44,469 nucleotides of DNA, from NCBI GenBank assembly GCA_963766735.1, contig CAVYBU010000032.1, forward strand, positions 1-44,469. Direction: 5' to 3'. The stretch is from an uncultured Chloroflexia bacterium (GTDB lineage: Bacteria; Chloroflexota; Limnocylindria; Limnocylindrales; CSP1-4). Below are positions 38,261 through 44,469 of this stretch, in pieces. A program made the translations under genes and the position numbers. Under the pieces are notes generated by a model. The model worked only from the letters and a program-made list of their open reading frames with translations, was not told where the DNA came from and made no database searches. The first letter of the stretch is position 1; every line of letters begins with the position of its first letter.

Positions 38261-39028
38261 ATGGACCTGGGCTTGAACGGCCGGCGGGCGCTCGTCGGCG
38301 GCGGGGGATCGGGGATCGGCGGCGGGATCGCCACGGCCCTGGCCGGCGAGGGCGCGCGCGTGGCGCTGGTGGGGCGGACGAGGTCACGGATCGAGGCCGA
38401 AGCGGTCCGCCTGGGAGGCGTAGGTGTTGTCGCGGATCTCGCGTCGCCCGATGGCCCGCGTGGCGCCGTCGAGGAGGCCGTCGCTGCGCTCGGAGGACTG
38501 GACCTCGTGGTCGTCAACACCGGCGGCCCTCCCGGCGGCACGTTCGAGACCCTCGGCGAGGCGGAGTGGGAGGCGGCGATCGCCGGGACGCTCCAGTCCA
38601 CGCTCCGTCTGATCCGGGCCTCCTTGCCGCACCTGCGGTCGGGCGTGAACCCGTCGATCCTCATCGTGCTGTCCTCGTCCGTCCGGGAGCCGATCCCGGC
38701 CCTCACGACGTCCAACGTCCTGCGACCTGGGCTTGCCGGCCTCGTCAAGTCGCTGACCGCGGAGATCGCTCCCATCCGGATCAACGGGCTGGCACCGGGG
38801 CGGATCGCAACGGACAGGATCGCGTTCCTGGACGGCAAGCGGGCGGAGGCGGCCGGCGTCACGCCCGAGGAGATCGCTCGGCGGACCCAGGCAACCATCC
38901 CGCTTGGTCGCTACGGGGACGTGGCGGAGATCGGCCGGGTTGGGGCGTTCCTGCTCTCGCCGGCCGCATCGTTCGTGACAGGGGCGATCGTGCCGGTGGA
39001 CGGAGGCATGATCCGCGCGCTGCCGTAG
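38261..39028 (+). CDS. Short-chain dehydrogenase/reductase
   Basis: GGGSGIG, VVNTGGP, SNVLR (atypical active-site motif), APGRIAT, VDGG. RBS GGAGG. Confidence 0.9.
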   Translation: MDLGLNGRRALVGGGGSGIGGGIATALAGEGARVALVGRTRSRIEAEAVRLGGVGVVADLASPDGPRGAVEEAVAALGGLDLVVVNTGGPPGGTFETLGEAEWEAAIAGTLQSTLRLIRASLPHLRSGVNPSILIVLSSSVREPIPALTTSNVLRPGLAGLVKSLTAEIAPIRINGLAPGRIATDRIAFLDGKRAEAAGVTPEEIARRTQATIPLGRYGDVAEIGRVGAFLLSPAASFVTGAIVPVDGGMIRALP

Positions 39029-39154
39029 GCCCACGACGCGTCCTGCAGGAGGGCGCCGGCGAGTCCGGACGTCAGCGACGGGTCCCACGGATGACCGGCG
39101 CAGCGCGCCTGCAGCAGCGTTGCAGGCGCGAGCGACCTGCGACGCGATCGGGCC

Positions 39155-40096
39155 TCAGCCTCCCAGCAGCTCGCCCAGCACGGAGCCCGCGGCCAGGTGC
39201 CGGTCGAGGCCTGTCCGCCGCAGCACGTCGTCCAGGTCGCCGATCGTCGCTGGGTCCGGACCCACGCCGGGCGCCCGGACAGTTGCATGGGCTACCGCCC
39301 CACGCCGCTGGTAGACCAGCTTCCGGATCGGCAGGTTGAGCAGGGCCTGGTTCTCGAACCGGATCAGCGTGGCGTAGCGGTCGAAGATGCCCGCAGCCCC
39401 GGCCCGGTCACCGGCGAACCAGCGCCGCACCACCGCGACCAGCACCTCCGGAAACCCGAAGCCCGTCATCGTCCCGTGGGTGCCCCGGCCCAGCTCCTCG
39501 ATGAGCATCCCGCCGCCGAGCCCGCCCAGGACCAGCACATCCGGCGATCCGGCGACGAGCCGACCCGCCTTCGGTGGCGTCGGCTCCTCCTCCAGCTTGA
39601 TGACGCGACACTGCGGCGACTCGGCCGCCAGCGACAGCAGGAAATCGGATGTCATCGGCACCCCGGAGCTCGCCGGGTGATCCTGCACGACGACCGGTAT
39701 CGAGATCGCCTCCGCGACGGCGAGATAGTGCCGGCGGAGCGCCGCGTCCGTGGGTCGGGCCAGCGGTGGCGGGGCCAGCATCACCGAGTGTGCGCCGGCG
39801 GCCTCGGCTTCCCGGGCGAACGCGATCGCGCGGCCCGTGGCGGCGTGCGAGACGCCGACGCAGACGGGGATCGTGCCCGCGGCGGCCTCGAGGACACCGG
39901 CCAGGACGAGCGAGCGTTCGGCGTCACCCAGCCGGCCGGCCTCACCGAGCACGCCCAGGATCGTCATCCCGTCCACGCCCGTCGCGCGGACGAAGGAGAC
40001 CAGGCCCGGGATCGACGCCTCGTCCACCGCTCCGTCGGGCGCAAACGGCGTCGGCACGATGTTCCAGACCCCGCGCAGTGCGCCGATGTCGCCCAT
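39155..40096 (-). CDS. Dihydrodipicolinate synthase family (class I aldolase) protein
   Basis: PTPF, GVLGE, Schiff-base lysine in VIKLE, GTMTG. Confidence 0.88.
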   Translation of the reverse strand: MGDIGALRGVWNIVPTPFAPDGAVDEASIPGLVSFVRATGVDGMTILGVLGEAGRLGDAERSLVLAGVLEAAAGTIPVCVGVSHAATGRAIAFAREAEAAGAHSVMLAPPPLARPTDAALRRHYLAVAEAISIPVVVQDHPASSGVPMTSDFLLSLAAESPQCRVIKLEEEPTPPKAGRLVAGSPDVLVLGGLGGGMLIEELGRGTHGTMTGFGFPEVLVAVVRRWFAGDRAGAAGIFDRYATLIRFENQALLNLPIRKLVYQRRGAVAHATVRAPGVGPDPATIGDLDDVLRRTGLDRHLAAGSVLGELLGG

Positions 40097-40176
40097 GCCG
40101 CCTCCCGGGTCAAACCACGCCGGGACCGAGTGGTCTCGTTCCGCACGAGGCTACACGACGACGGTACCCCGGGCTG

Positions 40177-41802
40177 TTACGGGAGGCGGATCCGGATATC
40201 GTCCACGGCGGCCTCGACCAGGCTCGCCCTCCCGCCATCGTTCGCGGCGACGATCAGGTGGATCGTCTGTCCCGCCCACCTCGCCACCGACACCGAGGCG
40301 GACGCCCAGGCCGCGTCGTCGTCGTTCGGGGCACCGCGCTCCTGGAGGACGACCGTCTGGGTGCCATCCTCCGCTTCGACGATCATCCGGAGGTAGTCCG
40401 TGGACGTCGCGTTGGAACGATGGGCCAGGTAGTAGCGGAAGGTCAGGTGGCCGAACTTCGCCGGGTCCGCGGGCAGCGTGATCGCCCGGCTCCGGATCGT
40501 GGTCCGGCCGCCATCGACGTCCCCGTAGTTCGCGCTGCGACCGGCTGCCGCTCCCGTCACGAGCGCGCGCCGGCCCGAGACCACAGTCCCGAGCTGCTTC
40601 CGCCCGTAGGAGGCCGTCGGCTGTGGGTTGCCGACCGCCCACAGGCCCCGGGTAGCGGTGTCCGTGCGGAAGGGGTTGCGCACCCAGCCCCGGTTGATCT
40701 CCAGGTCGTCGTACAGGGGACCGCAATCCGCCCGCCTGGCCGCGGTTCCGAGGGTCGCGTACGGGCACGCCGCGCGGTCGATCAGCAGCAGGATCGCGTC
40801 ACGGTTGCGTTCTGTCTGGGGGGTGATCACGGATTCGGGCGGGTAGTGGTCGGTCAGGACCGATCCCGTCTCGGGCGGATACAGCTCGAAGGTGTAGCTG
40901 AAGATCCGGTGTGCCCCGTACATCCAGTCGATCTGGTCGCCGTCGGTGACGTACATGCTCGACGACTGCTTGGCCGCGTACCCATTCAGCGCGGCCATCG
41001 CCCGGCCAAGGGAGACGAACGTGCTGTGATCGAGCGTGGTCATGTCCGGCGGGATGTCAGTCCGCGTGTAGCCGTACGGCCACAGGATGAGCCGGCCGTT
41101 GGTGTGGAGCGTGATGTGCGTCCGGATCTGCTGGACACCGCCGATCACGCGGCCGCTCACGAAGGCCCGGACGGCCCGCGTCTCGGGCGCAGAGAACGCG
41201 GCTGGACCGCGGTAGAAGATGGACTTGGGGTTGCCGGACGAGCCCGAACAGCATCCCCAGCGATACCCGTAGTTGCGGTTCAGGTCGGTGCCCACGGCCG
41301 TGGAGCCCGCGTTCGGCTGGCGGTTCTTGCGCCAGGCCCGGAACGGGGAGCCGGTCAGGTCGTACCTGAGGCCGTCCGGGTTGACCGCGAAGATGACGAA
41401 GATCTCGCGGGTATCGACCAGGCGCGTCACGGTCTCATCGGTTCCGTAATCCGCGGTCAGCCAGCCCAGGAGCGCAAGCGCCTGCTCGGTTGTCAGGTGC
41501 TCACGGGCGTGGTGGAGGGCATCGATCAGGACCTCGGGTTCGGCCTCGTCCGTCGCCACGTTGTCGCTGATCTTGGCGGCCCAGATGTCACGTCCCTGTG
41601 CGCTCTTGCCGATCGAGAAGACCGAGACGATGTCCGAATGGTCCGCTTGCACCTGCGTGATCTCGTCGACCAGCTCGGTCCAGTTGTGGTAGCCGCTCAT
41701 GGAGGTCGGGAAGTCCGGCTCCGCGGCCGCAGTCGGGCCGGGAAGGGCCGCCGGCACGATGAGCGCGACGGCGATGGCGAGCACGGTGATGATCGATCGC
41801 AT
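40177..41802 (-). CDS. Secreted M14 zinc carboxypeptidase (carboxypeptidase T-like) with C-terminal beta domain
   Basis: Signal peptide MRSIITVLAIAVALIVPAA; HHAREH, NPDG, WRKNR, DLNRNY, FSAPET, LHT, FELYP. Confidence 0.9.
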   Translation of the reverse strand: MRSIITVLAIAVALIVPAALPGPTAAAEPDFPTSMSGYHNWTELVDEITQVQADHSDIVSVFSIGKSAQGRDIWAAKISDNVATDEAEPEVLIDALHHAREHLTTEQALALLGWLTADYGTDETVTRLVDTREIFVIFAVNPDGLRYDLTGSPFRAWRKNRQPNAGSTAVGTDLNRNYGYRWGCCSGSSGNPKSIFYRGPAAFSAPETRAVRAFVSGRVIGGVQQIRTHITLHTNGRLILWPYGYTRTDIPPDMTTLDHSTFVSLGRAMAALNGYAAKQSSSMYVTDGDQIDWMYGAHRIFSYTFELYPPETGSVLTDHYPPESVITPQTERNRDAILLLIDRAACPYATLGTAARRADCGPLYDDLEINRGWVRNPFRTDTATRGLWAVGNPQPTASYGRKQLGTVVSGRRALVTGAAAGRSANYGDVDGGRTTIRSRAITLPADPAKFGHLTFRYYLAHRSNATSTDYLRMIVEAEDGTQTVVLQERGAPNDDDAAWASASVSVARWAGQTIHLIVAANDGGRASLVEAAVDDIRIRLP

Positions 41803-41880
41803 GCCAGGAGGGTGCCAGACCAACGCCAACGGCGGTAGACGGCCTTTCGGGCTATGGGTACTGCAATGGCCAAGCAGGTC

Positions 41881-41909
41881 TTGACAGTCGCACGTAGTAG
41901 TGTCACAAT
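41881..41909 (+). promoter_or_regulatory. Sigma70-type promoter with overlapping inverted repeat, likely leaderless, for the merR-vWA operon
   Basis: TTGACA (41881-6), 17 bp, CACAAT (41904-9), ATG 6 nt later. TGACA-N14-TGTCA dyad at 41882-41905. Confidence 0.7.
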
Positions 41910-41915
41910 CGGCGC

Positions 41916-42665
41916 ATGCACGATGACCCGTACAGCCTTGCCGACCTGGCCCGCCTGGCGGACGTGACCCCACGCACGGTCCGCTACTACGTGGCCCAGG
42001 GCCTGCTGCCCTCGCCGGAGGCCGCCGGCCCGGCGACGCGCTATGGCGATGGGCACCTTGCACGGCTGCGCCTCATCAGGCGCCTGCAGCGGGACCACCT
42101 GCCGCTGGCGGAGATCCGGATCCGCCTGGAGCGGATGGGGGACGAAGAGGTCCGGGCGCTGCTGGATGCGTCTGGCAACGTGACCCCGGAGCCGCCCCGG
42201 TCTGGCGAGGAGACGCTGGACTACGTGCGAACGCTGATGGCGAAGGCCGGCGTCTCGCCGCGCGTCCACGGCCAGGCGTCGGAGGCCGTCGCCCCATACG
42301 CCGCGTCGGCCGCGCCCACGACGCGGGCCATTCCGGGTCTGGCTGCCCTGCATGCCCCCGGGCCGCCCACCGGCGAACCGCCAGCCGGGTTCTTCAGGGA
42401 CCCGGCGGAGGAGGTCGCGTCGGGACACGTCGCGGACCACGCCACTCCACTCGCGCTCGCGCGGGCAGCTGCCACGGAGCCCGACGCCGCTGCGGAGCCC
42501 GCCGCTCCCTCCCGTCCGGTTGCCGGGGACCGCAGCACATGGGAGCGTCTCGTCATCAGTGCGGACGTGGAGATCCACGTCCGCCGGCCCCTGGACCGCA
42601 TCGCCAACAAGCGCGTCGACCAGCTCGCCCGCATCGCCCGGGAGCTGTTCGACGAGGATCCGTAG
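41916..42665 (+). CDS. MerR-family HTH regulator
   Basis: YSLADLARLADVTPRTVRYYVAQGLLPSP...Y...HLARLRLIRRLQ...LPLAEIR; C-terminal WERLVISADVEIHVR. Confidence 0.88.
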   Translation: MHDDPYSLADLARLADVTPRTVRYYVAQGLLPSPEAAGPATRYGDGHLARLRLIRRLQRDHLPLAEIRIRLERMGDEEVRALLDASGNVTPEPPRSGEETLDYVRTLMAKAGVSPRVHGQASEAVAPYAASAAPTTRAIPGLAALHAPGPPTGEPPAGFFRDPAEEVASGHVADHATPLALARAAATEPDAAAEPAAPSRPVAGDRSTWERLVISADVEIHVRRPLDRIANKRVDQLARIARELFDEDP

Positions 42666-42790
42666 CCGTACACGCGGGGCTTGCGGCCCCACCTTCCACC
42701 CGGCGACCGGACGCCGCCGAACGTCCTGCCGCCCATCGTGAGACCCGCCCCATTCGGGCCTCGAAGCCGCTTCGAGAAGGAGGCCCTTCC

Positions 42791-44119
42791 ATGACCACGC
42801 CCCAGACGCCGGACCACGGTCCGGCCCGACTCGCCGATCCCCGCCTGGTGGTCCGCCCGGACCGCCGGCTCATCCGCGCCCACGGCCGCAGCGAGCGTTT
42901 CCTGCTCGTGGATGTCGTCGCCCCGACCGTCGCCCCGGATCCGGAGCGCCGCCGCCCTCCGGTCAACCTCGGTTTCGTGCTGGACCGCTCAGGATCCATG
43001 GGTGGCCACAACAAGATCGCGCTCGCCAAGCAGGCCGTGGTGGAGGCCATCCACCGGCTGAACGCCCCGGATCGCTTTGCCGTGGTCACGTACGACGACC
43101 AGGTGGATGTCGTGGTGCCGGGCACCGAGGCCACCACGGCGTCCCGGGGCGCTGCGGCTGAGCGCCTGCGTTCGATCGGCGCACGCAACAGCACGGACCT
43201 GCACGGCGGCTGGCTGAGCGGCTGCGAGCAGGTTGCGGCGGGCCTGGCGGCCGAGGGCGTCAACCGTGTCCTCCTGCTCACGGACGGCCTCGCCAACCGC
43301 GGCGTCACCGACCACGAGGAGCTCGCGCGCCTTGCCTACGACCTGCGTCGCCGCGGGGTCACCACCAGTACCTTCGGCGTCGGAACGGACTTCGACGAGT
43401 CGCTCCTCCAGGCAATGGCGGACAGCGGCGGCGGCCACTTCTACTTCATCGGGGACGTGGCGCAGATGCGCGACCACATCACGAGTGAGGTGGGGGAGAC
43501 CCTGGAGGTCGTCGCCCGCGAGGTTGTCCTCGACCTGACGCTGCCTGAATCGGTGCGGGTGGCCCCTCTCTCGCCATTCCGCGTGGAGCAGAGCCCCGGC
43601 CGCGCCCGTGTCTACCTCGGCGACATGTTGTCGGGGCAGGTGCTCTCGGTCGTCCTTCGGGTCACCTTCGACTTCGGCGATGTGGGCCGCGAGGTCGGAG
43701 TGATCGTCCGCGTCTCGGACCGGGATCGCGCGTTCGAGACGGCCCTTCCCGCCCCGGAGCCGGTCTCGCTCGCGTGGCAGTATGCGGACCACGCCGCGAA
43801 CGACGTCCAGCCGCGGGACAAGGACGTGGACCGCGTCGTGGCACGGCTGTTCGCGGAACGGGCACGCCAGGACGCCGTGAACCTCAATCGCGAGGGCCGC
43901 TACGTCGAGGCGGGCGACCTGCTGGCCCGGGTCCGCGTCCGGATCGAGGAGTACGCGGGAAACGACCTCGAGCTTCGCGAGATGGCCCAGAACCTGCAGG
44001 AGGAGGCACCAGCCTACTCGGCGCCGATGGCCGAGATGGACCTCAAGCGGCGCCACTTTGCGGCGAGCAACTCGTCCCGGATGCGCACCGCGGACGGGAA
44101 GTCGATGCGCCGCCCCTGA
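42791..44119 (+). CDS. von Willebrand factor A (vWA) domain protein
   Basis: PVNLGFVLDRSGSM (MIDAS DxSxS), STDLHGGW, LLLTDGLAN, TFGVG. RBS AGGAGG. Confidence 0.9.
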   Translation: MTTPQTPDHGPARLADPRLVVRPDRRLIRAHGRSERFLLVDVVAPTVAPDPERRRPPVNLGFVLDRSGSMGGHNKIALAKQAVVEAIHRLNAPDRFAVVTYDDQVDVVVPGTEATTASRGAAAERLRSIGARNSTDLHGGWLSGCEQVAAGLAAEGVNRVLLLTDGLANRGVTDHEELARLAYDLRRRGVTTSTFGVGTDFDESLLQAMADSGGGHFYFIGDVAQMRDHITSEVGETLEVVAREVVLDLTLPESVRVAPLSPFRVEQSPGRARVYLGDMLSGQVLSVVLRVTFDFGDVGREVGVIVRVSDRDRAFETALPAPEPVSLAWQYADHAANDVQPRDKDVDRVVARLFAERARQDAVNLNREGRYVEAGDLLARVRVRIEEYAGNDLELREMAQNLQEEAPAYSAPMAEMDLKRRHFAASNSSRMRTADGKSMRRP

Positions 44120-44146
44120 GCCGTCCGGCGAAGCATTCGAGGAACC

Positions 44147-44174
44147 ACCGGCCCGGGCTTGCGCCCGGGCCGGT
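44147..44174 (+). terminator. GC-rich hairpin after the vWA gene (likely terminator)
   Basis: ACCGGCCCGGGC-ttgc-GCCCGGGCCGGT, perfect 12-bp stem. Confidence 0.65.
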
Positions 44175-44292
44175 CCTCATCCGGGACGCGATCGCCGCGG
44201 GAGCGCCGGTCCGCTCGGATTGCGCCGCCGGCCGCCCCCAAGCCTCACCGGACGCCCTTGACGCTGGTCCGGCATGAGCGCAAGATGGTCCA

Positions 44293-44378
44293 TGTAATCG
44301 ATTGCTGAGCGGTGGACGACTGGACGCGGACGGGTTGACCTCGGGCCAGTCAGCGGGTATGCTCGATAATCGATTGTT
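44293..44378 (+). promoter_or_regulatory. Sigma70 promoter flanked by two LacI-type operators
   Basis: TTGACC (44335-40), 17 bp, TATGCT (44358-63). AATCGATT-cored dyads at 44293-44306 and 44365-44378. Confidence 0.7.
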
Positions 44379-44469
44379 AGGGAACATGCCGACCCGTGGA
44401 CTGCTCGGCGGACGGTCGCCGGACGGGACCGAGGGGCCCCCGGCCAGGCGAGTGACGGGCGGGGCCACA

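Noticed and set aside
1-44469. tRNA, rRNA, IS elements or integrase
   Set aside because: None recognisable by eye. A covariance-model or IS database search was not possible.

Overview
Very GC-rich bacterial DNA. Gene content and style suggest Chloroflexota (Limnocylindria-like) or Actinomycetota, which is inference only. Bases ~200-28600 hold a complete headless contractile injection system (CIS/eCIS) locus with the gene order known from Streptomyces cytoplasmic CIS. The minus-strand structural operon runs sheath, tube, tail-assembly chaperone plus a small DUF6760-like ORF, a 670-aa low-complexity protein, second tube, LysM initiator, VgrG, PAAR, gp25, baseplate J, baseplate/tail protein and a CisA-like membrane adaptor. 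The divergent arm carries a DUF4255 cap, AAA+ ATPase, stand-alone DUF4157, a LuxR regulator and five membrane-anchored or exported proteins, including a second CisA-like paralogue and a papain/C39-like peptidase. A MalT-like STAND/BTAD regulator flanks the locus. I recognised no capsid, terminase, lysis, tail-fibre or T6SS membrane-complex genes. Notable hidden features are a GGGGGAA -1 slippery site that would fuse the chaperone to the DUF6760-like ORF (phage gpG/gpGT style), a TGCCC-N4-GGGCA palindrome in all three CIS regulatory regions, and many leaderless-style starts. Several genes carry single-base frameshifts that look like read or assembly errors. The rest (28800-44469) is mostly housekeeping: HTH-nuclease, Zn-ADH, ppc, OmpR regulator, nhaA, ArsB/NhaD transporter, SDR, DHDPS-family protein, M14 carboxypeptidase, MerR-vWA pair and a LacI-type controlled promoter at the right edge.
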